A stretch of 64,000 nt of DNA from Lytechinus pictus (Eukaryota): assembly GCF_037042905.1 (NCBI RefSeq), contig NC_087245.1:23624001-23688000 (forward strand), written 5' to 3'. Positions 1 to 13,710 of this stretch are shown piece by piece. Numbering within the stretch: position 1 is the stretch's first letter; each line of letters starts with the position of its first letter. The position numbers and the translations under genes were made by a program. The notes beneath the pieces were generated by a model. The model saw only the letters and a list, made by a program, of their open reading frames with translations, made no database searches and was not told where the DNA came from.

Positions 1-100
1 AAGGTTCGTTATTCCGAAGGTTCGATAATCCGAAAACAAAATAAGGTTCGTTGTTCCGAAGGTTCGTTAGTCCGAAAACGAAGTAAGGTTCGTTAATCAT
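1..100. repeat. Short tandem repeat of GAAGGTTCGTTA(A/T)TCC units (edge of a repeat element)
   Basis: aaggttcg recurs about five times in the first 95 nt; a similar unit appears at about 58338. Confidence 0.6.
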
Positions 101-199
101 TACGTTTCCGGACTCACGGACTCGGACTCACCTTTGGTGAGTACTCTATATCAATTCTATACATGTATAAGCAAACAAAAACCCCAGGCCTTTTCATTA

Positions 200-1205
200 C
201 ATTTGATTAAAAAAATTCAGCTCGCGATTTGAGCTCGCATTAATTGTTAAAAATGTATTAACCATTGTAATGCGTATTCATAATTTAAAAATGCTTAAAA
301 TTTCTAGTTTTCAAGCCTTAAAACCAACAATTCCACACTGTCACTACGCATATTAGATTAACAAATACGAAAATGTCATTTTCATGAATTCCTATTAACT
401 AATTTGGGTCTTTTCAGAATGGAATATCGACAAGCTTAGGAATAATAGGACGATAGTCATCATTTTCATATGACAAAATGTCCTTAGAATGTCCCTGTCC
501 TTTGTTAAAACAATTAAAAAAATAATCAGCTTGCGCTTCGCGCTCGCTTCATCCATTAAGTGTGATCCACATCCACTTTTCCTACACAGTACTTGAAATA
601 GTGATAAAATTTATCTTTTTTAGATTGTAATATCAAATGTTTTCAGCTCGCGCTTGCATTCTTCATGTTATTGATCTTCATGATTAAAAAAATGTATTCA
701 GAATGCCCAGATTATAGGTCTAAATCTAAAACTAAAACGCGCGCAAGCATGTTTATTGAGACAGCCTGCATGTTCTTTATCTATAATATGCTTACATTAT
801 CCAGCTTCAGATCAGAATATCAATAATTGTCCGCTCGCGTTTCACGCTCGCATTATGATACCCAATTAACCATATCCTATTCATCATTTACAAAATATGA
901 ATAGAGTGTCCCGCTTTTAGGTCTAATATCTCAATTTTCTTCCGCTTGCGCTTCGCGCTCGCATCAATTGTTAAGTTACATACCTATCTAATTTATGATT
1001 ACAAAAAGTGCTTAGAATGCCCATTTTTTAGTGACTGATCGGGCAAAATATAGGTGAAGTTAATTTTGGGCCCCATCCCCTATTGGCGAAAGTCGGATCC
1101 GCCCTTGTGACACATACACACACACACAGAAAAAAAGGTGCCCCCCCCCTGAAAAAGCAAGGACCTCCGATGCCCCCACAGGAAAAAATCCTAGCTACGC
1201 CACTG
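200..1205. mobile_element. Partial non-autonomous DNA element(s) of the GCTCGCGCTTCGCGCTCGCA-repeat family
   Basis: Same internal motif and same ggatccgccc end (about 1095-1104) as the elements at 50316-53059 and 56170-58330. ctacgccactg at 1195-1205 matches the terminus type of the 54138 element. Confidence 0.75.
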
Positions 1206-3150
1206 GCATTGACGCTTTAAATCACACTCATAAAACAATCGTTCATAATTTACCACTGGCTTACATTATGCGAGTTGTTATAGGTCATAGATATGAATAT
1301 GATGGAGGAAGTTTCGATGAAAAAGTCAGGATCTTGCATTTTGCATTGTTAACCCCCTAATGGTGGCTGCACTATAGCTAGCCGTCTGTGTACGAGGAGG
1401 AATTAAATAATAATAATAAAAAAAAAATCCTCAAATCAGACGGCTGCCAGCTGTCTAGGGTGGCACAAGCAATGGATGATCTGCACGTGCCAGCTATGGT
1501 TGATCTTTTAATTTCGCATCTCATTTCAATTTATCTCAAATATTTGATTCAACAAAGTGTCAATCGTAATGAGATAAATAATCCTAAACGTCCAATTATT
1601 TTTATATGAAAAAAATCCATGAATTCAGTTATAGTCAGGATAATGATATCGAAATTCCAACAGAACGATGCGATTGAGTATCCATCCTCACTTTCTCGTA
1701 CCGTCGGATCGTCTGCTGCTACTCGTGAGTTGATTTGTATACATAATTTAAATTATTTGGTTCGGATCCCTTTCGGACATATTATTTTACTTGTTTGTAA
1801 GTACGTGCAATCACTATTTCTAATCATGTTATTATTATTATTATTATATTTTGAAGTTGTTGAGTGAGTGAAGAGACTCAGTCGTCGACTTTTTTTCCTC
1901 CATTGTTTGGCCTTTAGTTTGAGTGGTGCACTGTGCAGGTGCAAATTAATGTGAGTTGACTAGATGTGACATAACCCAGGGAGCTCCGGCCCGCTTCGCG
2001 GGAGCTCCCTGGATTAGATGCGACAGGGCTTCCTTCCACTCTCCATCACCGGCGCAATTTATTTTCCTTCTTCCATGTCGCGTTGCTGTCCACTAGAGCT
2101 AGAATCATATCTTTTTCTTCAACAACAACATTTGTTTCGAAATCCAAATCTAGATATTATAACTTCAGGGTTTTCTTCCATTTCATGATCGAACTATATA
2201 CTCAGTGACAGTGTGGAGAAATCGCACGTTCACTAGCATTCGCCATAGGTTTTGCACACAAGTGGACCTTGATGTGGGAGAGCCAATCACGTCTCTGCAT
2301 GGTACCATCATACACGTCATCAAATTCAGTCAATTCAGAGACCGTCGATGCGAGGCATATTTCGGAGACGCATTTTAGCGCTTTTTAATTGGCGATTTCC
2401 TTCTAACGTATTATTTTCGTTATTTTCAAATGACCTTATGATAATCCCAGAATCATTACCCTAGATATATATAATAGGGCCATATTTTCAAAATCAATAT
2501 ATTTCTCCTATAAATATGAAACTAAAAGAAGTTTGTTTGTCATCATCACATTCACTGTGTAAAGTATGTATAAGGAAAATATATTCTTGAAGATATAAAA
2601 TGCAGAATCCATCCAAAATATAAAATCTATGAACTAAATATAGAAGAGGGGGGATCAAGAGGTAAACTATCTGGTGTCAATCATGTAAATAGCTCCATAT
2701 TGGTTGATAATGATGACAAATCAATAAAGGTATTCAAGTCCATAACATCCTAATTTACCCAATATATCGATATACAGGTAGTTTATTTTATTTCACCAAT
2801 TAGGAAAACGTATTGATAACACACAGGGAATGATTGAGCCCCCCCCCCCAACAGTCACAAGTTCATTTGCATATAACTTTCTGTGGCTTAGCTACTGGGA
2901 GGGGATTTAGAAGTATTACCAGAGACACAATAGAAGAGGGGTATTAGTAGTAATTGGATTAAGGTCAAGCGTCTTAGGATTACACGATTTGGGTCTTTGT
3001 TCTACAATTACTGTGGCCAAGTTTGTGTACTAAAGGTCTGAAGGTCCAGACAATTGCTCCTCTGGGAATGAATAGAACCTTCACAGAGAACATGGTTCTC
3101 TTTAATCAGGGTGTCTCGATCTTATAACACTGAAATATGTACAAGTATAT

Positions 3151-3967
3151 GGGTGCGTTTATCCGCCACTTTTTTACCCTAGAATCATGATTTGAATCAT
3201 GATTCAAATCATGATTCTGCAGAATCACGATTGCGTTTAGTCGAAATTGAATATAATCATGATTAGAATCACAAACATGAAACACGAAAAAAGGGGCGTT
3301 TGGAAAGACGTTTCTGCAGAATCACGTACGAAAATGTTCGAATAAACGATATCGTGATTACAATCATGATTATATGACCTCACTGTTGTGTCGGGCTACT
3401 TTCGGTTTGACTATTGCCAAGCTCAAGGCGCTCTATATGCTCATTGTATGTACATGACTATGAATTCATTTCTTGTCATGTTCAAGTTCTGTGTTGGTCA
3501 TCGCATCGTCCACTACTTTTCATTTTTTGGTCATGTCTTCAACTTCAAGTTCTAGTAAATGAATTAACTGGACAGACAATGATCTCAGTTGTTGTTGAGT
3601 ATACAGTATCAATATCAAATTGGATCTACGCTGAAATGGGGCTGAAATTCACTTCCGAACACCATTTTGGATAAACTAACAAGATGAATAGAAGCATATG
3701 GACCCTTTATGATAGAAGTAAACAAAATGAGGTATAGACTGAATTCTGATGGAAGCAAAAGAATTTTCGAGAGCCGAAACACGTGCGAAAAACTTCCTCT
3801 GTCAAACTGCGCACTAGTGATGCGCACTGGATTGGCCCGAATCTGAGGAGAAACAGCATTGGAATGAAGGTCGTCTAAACGCTGATTCTGTGATATTGTG
3901 ATTCATGTTTGTGTTTTGAATCATGATTCAAATCATGATTCTGGCTTGAGGTCGCATAAACGCAGCC
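3151..3967. mobile_element. MITE with GG(G/C)TGCGTTTA termini (PIF/Harbinger-like) and subterminal AATCATGATT palindromes
   Basis: gggtgcgtttat at 3151 pairs with ataaacgcagcc ending at 3967; aatcatgatt arrays lie inside both ends. Confidence 0.65.
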
Positions 3968-6900
3968 TTAATCTACTACATGCAAGCATATTGAATACTA
4001 TATGAAAAGCTTTATGTACAAGAAAATATTATATATGCCTACTAGATATATATACCAATAAGACTAAATTCAATATCTAAACATGATCAAAATCAGTAGA
4101 CTGAAAGCATGTTATAAGATATCATTATAGATAAACACTGAATATCATTTTAAGAATGAAAAACTGAATTTAAATGGAACATATAAAATTATAAACCTTC
4201 ACTGCATACTGCTGCAGTGACAGCGGTACTGTACGATATCACATCATTTAACTCCAGCTAGCCTTCTTTTAATCAAAGAGGATCGAATTGCGAGTTTTAT
4301 GCTCCCTTCTGATTCGTGATTCGTTAAATGTTGATAATGATGTACCATGTTGTATCACATGTCTACTCAGGAAATGGAAACAACATCGTCCACCTCCTAC
4401 TACTTTATATGTTTCCCGGTGCACGGTTGTTGAAGAACATCATAAAATTATATCGAGGCCAATCCTTTAGTGATCAATAGAAGCCACCATTAAGACAGTT
4501 AGGTCATAAACTCGCAAACACATGATAATAGAAATGGGAGAGATACAGACTTGTCAAAAGAAAAACTTCAATATAATTTACATCCATAAAACAGCTTTGT
4601 AAAAAAATATGGTACCAGTAGGCCCTATTATTTACAAACTATGTGCTGGTTCTTTCTCTAGACTTTCGTGGAACCAGAGGAACCACAATGTCATCATGAC
4701 ATTTTTGTACCACGTTGAAATTAATTAATATTACTTGCGTAATATTTTTGTTTGTCTCAAAGAGAGACAGGGAGATACTATACTGTATATACACCGAGGG
4801 TCCCATCATCGCAAGCTATGCTTTTCATGTTCCGTGTTTTGTTTTTTTAAACATATGATATGATCAATTTAAGATTTAAAAAGATGAGTTTTAAGCATAA
4901 CTTTAAATGTATTAACAGAGTTAGCATTGCGAATTTGTATTAGTTAACATGAAGATTGAAAACACGGTCTGGATCAACTTACGTCTTATGTCTGTTTGAT
5001 GGTGGACTAGGAGCTCGGGTTGAGTATCAGCTCATGCCGTCTGGAATATATTCTGAGCAGAAGAACCAGTCACTATATAGATGTTTTCACCGAAAGTTTC
5101 TACAAAATATTTCCAACGACGCAATGCTAGTCCAGGGGTCTTGCGTTTAAAAACAGCTTTAAAAAATCAGGCGCAAGTCACGAACGACGCATTCGATTGT
5201 TTTTTCTTGGTTTACGTTTGATTGCAAGTCTTTCTGCAACGTGCCCCAGGGGGCACGTGACTCGGCATTTCCACCAATGAGGAGGAAGCAGGAAGCGAGG
5301 TTGGTGGTTGACGTTAACGACCACGCCCCTTGTATGCCCTTGTTTTACTTGAGTTTTAAAGGAGGTAGAAATAAATATATAAATACATTATATATCTTAT
5401 TGTTTGATGTTCGATTACTGGCGTACACTACGAATATCTAGTCTGCAAGCGCAGACTCAAATTTGACACTTTAATACACCAATTATACCACGTCGAGAGT
5501 GAATACTATTCTAAACTCTCAATGTCACCTAGGTGGATTTACAGGCCACCAGAGTACATAGTAATCTCACTACTTCAGACTCTGCATTATGCACTATGCG
5601 AATTGCGAAAACAAGTATTGCAAAACACAAAGGTCTATGCCCCAGACTAATAAAAATCTCAGATTAAAAATCGATCCAAACGCCTGTTATCAGGACCAAA
5701 CCAAAATTAGGTAGTAGATTTTTTAAAATAAAAAGAGAGGCTCGTAAAAGAGGTGGTCATGGTGGTGGTACAAACAATATGAAAATGTCGACCATTTTTT
5801 GCTTGCTAACCCTATTGTCTCTTTTTGCCTTTCAGACTTGGACGAGTGCGAGTGCAGTTCTCCCACCCCGAAATTTTGAAAACTCACATTTTTTTACTGC
5901 AGATTTTCACAAAGTTCACCAAAGTAGGCACAAAATCCATTAATTTCACTTAACAAAATGAAAAATCGCCTCAACGATAATCTCGGTCGCTTCGCTTTCT
6001 CGCTTTCAATTTTTTTCCAATAAGTTTACGCGTGCTGCCCCCCATCGAATCGAAATTTTTCCACATACGGCCACGTTTTAAAAAGTGCCCTTTTGAAAGA
6101 AAAGTTGCCCCTTTTCCCTGTGCCCTCCCCCACACTTTCAACTTCGCTCCACCGCCCCTGCTCCAATACCAAGATGTTAATTTTAGCTATAAATATTTCA
6201 TGATCCAGTTAACTTTCAAATGAATAATAAAGACATATTATGTTCTGTTACAATGTTTGTTCACTATATTTCAATTGTTTATGGAGTTTGTATAATTGTT
6301 GGAAATGAAAATAAAACTGAAAGTGAAACTGATCCCTGAAAATGTCGACCTATTTCGTTGACAAGAAATCACGAGAATAAACTTCTGGCAAAATGTGCTT
6401 TCCTCAACTAAAGCTTTCAAGCTTGCATTATCTACATTCCAACATAACAAGCAAATGTTAAATATTCATAGTGCTAATAAAATGAGCTATTACAGGGCGT
6501 TTTCTGCAAATGATAGATTGTTGTTAAATTCAGGTACAAAGAGTCAATTTAAGTTAACATTTTTTTCAGAAGAGATACGGATAGGTGGGAATTGCATAGG
6601 GTAAGGCAGGGACTCTCCCTCTCACGTCACTGGGTGGGGGGGGGGGGGGTCACTGCCCTCATGGACGTGAGATGGAGAAAGAGTGGACAACATGCGCGAC
6701 AAAAAAAAGTGGAAAATGGATGTTCCATGATAAATACAAGTTCTGCATTCAAAGCAGTTTCTACAAAATTATATACACCAGTCCTCACCAACCATATTCT
6801 GCCTGAGTGGGTTAAGAGAAGAAAAGAAGGGGAGAAGATGAAGGAGAGATATATCGGACAATGAAAGGCAGCAGCAAATGGGAATAGGAGTAGAGGAGAA

Positions 6901-8327
6901 GAGGCGAAAAATATCAGGCAAGAGAGAGAGAAAGAGAAGGAAAAACGCAAAACCTGTGTAAAATACGAGGCAGTGAATCATGACAAAAAAACGGATTCAG
7001 AAATGATTAAGTTGAAAAAATTATAAGTTGAAAGAATGCAAAAGTCTCACAAAATGGAAACAAATGTTTGACTTTGACAATACCATATGGAGCATTTACT
7101 ATCAAATACCTTTTTATTCAACCGTAGATGTAAACATGAGGTGGTTTCAGTTCAATTAGTGAATATAATTATTTATTTGAAAGATGCTTTGTTACGATTT
7201 AAATTAGTCACACATAACTTATATAATTTTGCAATAACACTGAGGAAACTATTATGCATATATTTTGTACGTGCACCCACACAAACGAAATATGGTCAAA
7301 AGTCAAACTTCTCCCGTAATAATTTTTACATCAAAATTTCAAACCATAATAAATTATTAGGTTTTTATGGAAAATAGCGCCCTTAAATTTTTTTTGATAA
7401 TCGTTAGAAAATAGTTTTTTGCAGCCAAATGTAAACACTGTTTACCAGATTTTGATCATAGTTTGTCAGAAATAAATTGGTATTATGATTTGGAAAAGTA
7501 TATATATATATATCAAACAAATCTAAAAGAAAAGAAATTCATAACAGGTTGGCCAGTTTTTTAATTTGCTATAGTTTCTCAGATAGCATTCTCTGTAGGA
7601 ATCTATTATTTGCATGGATTTTTTTACGCTTTGAAAGTTTGTTTTCTTTACAAATTATATAATTTCATGGAATACTGTATAATTATGTTTAAATTTTGTG
7701 ACATCAATTATTTACTGTGGAAAAATATGTATTATGATTTTCAATAAAGGATTCTTGTGGAAGGGTAAAGAAAAAGATAAAAAATGATTTGACCCCATTA
7801 TCTTTCTCATCTTATGAAAGGAGGAATTTCCTGATTTGGAGTATCAATTATTCTGACAATAATGAAATCCCTGTTTAGAGTTTGCAAATCAGGGACATCT
7901 GAACAAAAATCCGCTTTTGGAATGTCCTAGCGGCTTATTTCCAATTGGTCTAATGCCAGTTCGTCCAATTACCAACTCGTCGACTATCATTTGATCTATC
8001 ATCGATTCTTCCACTATCCACATGGTCTAATTGCCATTTCGTCCACTCACCACTTCGTCTAATAACCAGATGGTCCAATAGCCATTTAGTCCATAAACCA
8101 TTCGGTCTATAATTGGAAAAGTGTTAATTGGGCGAAATGAATGAAAATAAAATGGGTATTAGACCAACTGGTTGTTAGACGAAATGATCATAGACGAATG
8201 CTTATTGGACCAAAATGGCTGCCATTGTGTGCACAAGGATTATCCTAGGTATATACGCGGGCAATCATGTTATACATGTAGCTTTTCGATTCACATTGAC
8301 ATGATTGATGAATACCCACAACCCCAT

Positions 8328-8546
8328 CATGCCCGTAGTCAGGGGTTTCAAATGGGGTGTTCGATTCCTTGGTTGAATATTTTGATAAGCGAGAGAAAGA
8401 TTAAAAAAAATAAATAAATGGATTATTGGATATTTAGTACCTGACAACCCGTTTTTCTCTCCCCCTATTTTTCTTTTCTTTCTTGCTTTGGATTTTTTTT
8501 GGGGGGGGTCAATCGAACCCCCGAATTCTCCCTGGCTACGGGCTTG
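8328..8546. mobile_element. Small MITE
   Basis: Inverted ends gcccgtagtcaggg / ccctggctacgggc. Confidence 0.55.
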
Positions 8547-10443
8547 GATGGTTGGTTGGTGTTTATTTTAATGGCGTTTTCATTATCGAATAAGATTTAC
8601 GCATATTTATTCATGACGTGTAGTCTTGGACTAAATTTACCATAATTTAACGCCGGGAAAAAAAAAACTTGGTAGAAAAAAAATCGTTGACAGGCGAGTA
8701 GGCGACAAACATACCAATTATCTTCTTCAGAACTTCATTTTTTTTTTAATTCTAGATGTTTTTGCTTTCTTTTTTTCTTTCCGCCTATGGAGCTTAGTTT
8801 GTTCTAACACCTTACTCTATTCATTCGTGGTATTGGCATAATTATCTTGTTTCCTGCAGTGCTCCACTAGAATATCACACTTTTTTTTACATCTGTTTTT
8901 CGAATTTCAGAGGTTAATAATTCCAATCGATACACATTGCATTATTCTCAATTTTCGAAACGTTTAAATCTAGAAAATTCGTTTGCGTATTGATTGCAAG
9001 CAAGGGATCCATGACATTACACTCCGAATAAAGAGTGTAAAAAAAGTTATGTGTCAGCATATTGACATGATATCGATCAACTCGTTTGAAATATTTGAAA
9101 CGATATCAGCAGTGTAGGCCTACATGGTATAGCAAGGGACCCAATCGAGAAACATATGTTTCATGTCATAATGTATATTTTGTATGTAAGGGGATCACTG
9201 TTTAGCAAGCCATAGGCTTTTGTTGTGATTCCCATACACATTTTAGTGTATATATCTGCTTTGCATTTTATGAATTATTAATAAATTGAATTGAATTTAA
9301 TTGAATATGGAAAGGCGCCGGAAAATCAACCGAGAGAGCATCATCACATATTATTCCATGCATGTTTCTATTAGAAACATGTTTTCAGTCATAATGAAGC
9401 ATAATATTGAACATTACGTAATCTATTTACCTTTATTTTAAGACATACGAGGCAGCTACTAACATTTCACAAAATTAAAATATAATCCTAAATATTTTAT
9501 AACTAGCTATTTTTCGATGGCTTTTCAATAACCTGAATCTCTCACTTTTGGCTTTTTATATCTCGGTTAATCGATCGGATTCCCAAGCGGCAAAACGTCT
9601 TCCGCCTATTATTTGTCTCGTCATTTTCTCCCAATTTCGTAGGCCCTATATATATATACAGAAAATGTTACCAAGCCTTTCAAATCATATATCTACATTT
9701 AACGAAATAATTCTATATACCTAGGTTATAACATTGGGAGTGAGTTTCAAATTTGTGTATTTTCCAAAAGTAAAAACTGCCATTTTTTAAATATCGGTTT
9801 GATGTTTCTTGATTTAGCTGTTCGGTTTACTTGTTATCTTTTTCCTCGTGCTTTCTTCTTTTCTTTCTTTCTTTCTTTCTTTTTTCTTCCTCTCTTTCTT
9901 TTTTAGGGGGGGGGGGTGTCCCCTACTCCTGAAATATAGGGGGGACATGTCCCCCCCCCGCTTCCGCCGCCTATGGGTTATAATGACTTAAAATAGTTAC
10001 CTGTTGTATCTGCTCCTCAGTCTTGAAATAGGAACGGTCCTCGGATGCATCTAAGCAGATATTCTCTGCTTACAGGATGTTCGTCTTTAGGGATATGAAG
10101 CCCTTGAAGAGTATCGTTCAAGTGATTAAACATTGCAAACATAAAAACATACCAGCTTGTATAACGCCATAAAATTGCCTTTCTTACTTAATATGTTGGA
10201 AGAATGATTGATGGCGCTCTTTGAGGATCAACCCGTTATAATCTGGTTTCATGCCACATCCACCACTATCCTCATCATATTCATTATCATCACTGCCTAT
10301 ACCATGAATACCACAATCAGTACCACCGCATTCCATCAAAACCAGAGCCGACGTTTTTTTAGGAGGGGGCAATATGGCGGGATTTTAAAGTTGCGTGCAA
10401 CTACTTTGATCAATTTTCTTATTTTTTTGCGACAGATTTTGAC

Positions 10444-10446
<3 letters not shown>

Positions 10447-10482
<36 letters not shown>
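10447..10482. repeat. (TA)n microsatellite
   Basis: Seen directly in the sequence. Confidence 0.95.
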
Positions 10483-10486
<4 letters not shown>

Positions 10487-10675
10487 GTGTAAAGTTATCT
10501 TCATCAATTTCTTTATATATATATATATGTGAAGTTATACATGTACAACAGCTTTGGCAACTCTTTCATTTAAATATTGTAAAGAAATTGATGAAGAGAA
10601 CAATGGTAGGCGTAGCTTAAATCAAGGTTTCCCAGAGCTATCTACCCTTTGGAAAAATTGGTGATGCCGAAAAAA

Positions 10676-10747
10676 TGTCTCTGCCGAAAATCGAACCCGG
10701 GCCCCCGGCTTAGAACGCCGGTGCCTTAACCACTAGACCACAGAGAC
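10676..10747 (-). tRNA. tRNA-like cloverleaf, apparent anticodon TCT (Arg); atypical, probably a pseudogene or repeat-borne
   Basis: Minus strand reads GTCTCTG-TG-GTCTAGTGGTTAAGGC-A-CCGGC GTTCTAA GCCGG-GGGC-CCGGG TTCGATT TTCGG-CAGAGAC-A. It has a perfect 7-bp acceptor stem, D arm, 5-bp anticodon stem, A/B boxes and a following T6 run. G32 and two G-T pairs in the T stem are non-canonical. Confidence 0.6.
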
Positions 10748-12091
10748 GGGTTAGTGGCTAGGGCGACCCCGATACGATTGACCGTCAGATAGACAGTTTC
10801 TCCCATACGTGTACTGTATCAAAGCAATAGCTTTGATCCAGCTGAGGCATGGCGGCTTGTCATTGTTCAAAACCCACCTTCGCCCGACAAAGGAAATTAT
10901 AATTGGTAAAGTGTCGAAAATCTGTTTATCTGACGGTCAATCGTACGTGGTCGCCCTAGCCACTAACCCGTCTCTGTGGTCCCCCCCCCCCCCCCCCGGG
11001 TTACAACAGAATTTATTTCATAAACCAATGAAATGATTTCGTTTTGTTTAAGCATAACCGGCCGGCTGTAATTAAATCTGAATAAGTAAATCACCCAAAA
11101 TTCATTCACACGTACAAACACACTCATACAAAGAAACGACAAAAACCTGAAAAGGTCCACTGATGTGGCCCCGTGTAATTCTTAAACGCGAAAGAGTCCT
11201 TTCAATACTTGTTGTGTCGATGTCGACATCATCATGTCCGCAGGCAATGACTAGCGGTTGACTAGGCCTACTAGCGGCTCAGTGTCGAAGAACATCTGAT
11301 GTCGACCCGTCGACGGCCTTCCAGAGCGTCAGGACCTTTGCGTGTGTCGGACTCTGACGGCGAATTGTTGACCCCAGAAATAAAACTCTGTTTGAAAAAA
11401 GAATCAAAATTTTCTTCTAGAACTTCATAATATTATTACCGAACCCTTTCAGATCACACACATTCGCAAGCATACGCATGCACACTGTATTTTATTCCGG
11501 ATCGAAAAATTACATTTGAAGATTATTAATCACAACTCTTCTGACTGTCATTTTTAATATGATTATGATGATGATCCACAACATTTATATTGAACCATAT
11601 ATCTGTTAAAAACATTCATAGACGCAGGCTCATCCAAGAAAATAACTTGCCTAAATAAACTGTTAAATGTTTAACGCTACATTCTATCACATTATTTATC
11701 TCCAAAATTTAGTAAGTAAACACATAACGATTTAAATCAAATTTATAAGTCTAATACAATCGTCAACTAATTAATAATAAACGTATGCCATGTTCGACTT
11801 CTGAAGATTAGCAAACAGGCTAAAAAAGAAATAACACAGCTTCCATTGCTGATGGAAATAAATTTATCAGAACATATCTCAATCAAATCAGAAAACGTAA
11901 AGACTGATTCCCCACTGGGCAATTTGTTACCGATTACCAATTTTACCGGATATTACCGGTAATATCACCGGGAAATTTGAGTAACACCAAATATTACCGT
12001 CATTACCATGCTATTACCGAAATTATAATTCCTGTTGCTACCTGTTACTGTTATCACCCTGATGAAACCAGCAGGGTGATGATGGGTAATA

Positions 12092-12594
12092 TATGAGGCG
12101 CCGTTTATACCAAAATTATATAGAACAATTATTTGTTATATAATCATTATTTAACAAATAATGAAGTATGTAAGTGTCATTATTTATAAATAATGAAAAA
12201 CAAAAATCATTATTTATAAATAATGAAAAACAAATAATCATTATCTATAAATAATGAAAAACAAATAATCATTATTTATAAATAATGAAAAACAATCAAT
12301 ATTTATAAATAATGAAAAATGAATAATCATTATTTATATATAATGAAAAACAAATAATCATTATTTATAAATAATAATTATTTATAAATAATGGAATGTT
12401 GAATTGCTATTATTTAGAAATAATGAAGCGTGGCTTGTAATTATATATAAATAATGAAAATTTCTAAATTATAAAATAGTAATTATTTATAAATAAAATA
12501 TAAATTCTATATATATATATAATTGATATTATTTGTTAATGATTATATTACAAATAATTGTTCTATATAATTTTGGTACAAACGGCGTCTCATA
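12092..12594. mobile_element. Foldback MITE with TATG...CATA termini and an internal ~29-30 bp AT-rich minisatellite
   Basis: About 45-bp TIRs tatgaggcgccgtttataccaaaattatatagaacaattatttgt / acaaataattgttctatataattttggtacaaacggcgtctcata; internal ataatcattatttataaataatgaaaaaca units. Confidence 0.85.
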
Positions 12595-13101
12595 GGCAAG
12601 AGCCAAAAATTTCCCGGTCATATCATGGTATGAACAGGCGTAATCAAAGACCTTATAATAGTGTAATGAGCTAGGCGACTATATTGAGAAAGCCAGATAT
12701 TGCGTATCAGGCAAAATTTATCTTTAAAAAAAAAGTTGCGAGCGAGCAAAATTTTTGACCTTTTGAATACAAAAATCCAATTTTGTGATAGATTTTGACA
12801 TGCTATCCAGAGAGTAACATATTTCACTCTTCTCTCTTTAGATTCCCTTTTTTGTGGTCTGGGATAAGAACACAAAAAGTGACATTTTGGGTTCGAATGG
12901 TACATCCAAATTTTTACAGTAAATAGGGGAGAGTATATATACTCTTTTTCAGAAAACACCAAAATCTGAAATTTGAACATTCTGACCAAAATACCCTTAA
13001 TAATTGGATCCAATTGAAAATCACACAGTGTGACTTTTTGTGGGTGTTTTGGTGCTGGATCACATATAATCTCCAAAAGTACCAAGGCATAGATATATTA
13101 A

Positions 13102-13710
13102 AGGGATGCTCTGGGGAGTCTGGGCTGAGAATAATCATATCTAAATAAATAGGGTAAAATTCACAGAGCAAAATGCTGAAAATTTCATCAAAATCGGATA
13201 ACAAACAACAAAGTTATTAAATTTTAAAGTTAGCAGTATTTTGTGAAAACAGTTAAATGCACGTCGTCATGAATATTCATTAGGTGGGCTGATGTCACAT
13301 CCCCACATTCCTTTTTCTAATGTTATTACATGAAATCATAATGGTTTAATTTTGTCAAACTTGTGAAAATGATGTGTCTCCATTATGATGAAATAAGTTG
13401 CAGCAATAAATAACCAATGCACTTAATCAGTTGTCAATCAGATTGTTTTAGTTCTTGGTAGTAAAATTTTGAATAAACCTAATTTCATATAATAAAATAC
13501 AAAAGAACAGGTGGGGATATTAAATCATCAGTCCACCTAATGAATATTCATGAAAATATGTCTAGAACTGATTCACCGGAATAATGTAAATCTTTAAAAT
13601 TCATTAACTTTGTTATTTTTCATCCGATTTTGATCAAATTTTCAGCATTTTGCTCTGTGAATTTTACTCTATTTATTGAAGTATAAGTATCTTCAGCTTG
13701 GAGCATCTGT
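13102..13710. mobile_element. Palindromic MITE flanked by TTAA (Kolobok-like)
   Basis: ttaa|agggatgctc ... gagcatctgt|ttaa, with long internal inverted arms. Confidence 0.75.

Noticed and set aside
10000..10372. Acidic minus-strand ORF with a CAG|GTAAC donor near 10000
   Set aside because: I could not find a continuous frame to the donor or a recognisable domain; it may be UTR.
12618..13204. 155-aa and 96-aa ORFs, plus the similar ORFs at 53306-53771
   Set aside because: They overlap MITE or repeat sequence, rely largely on non-ATG or incidental starts, and show no domain signal or splice support.
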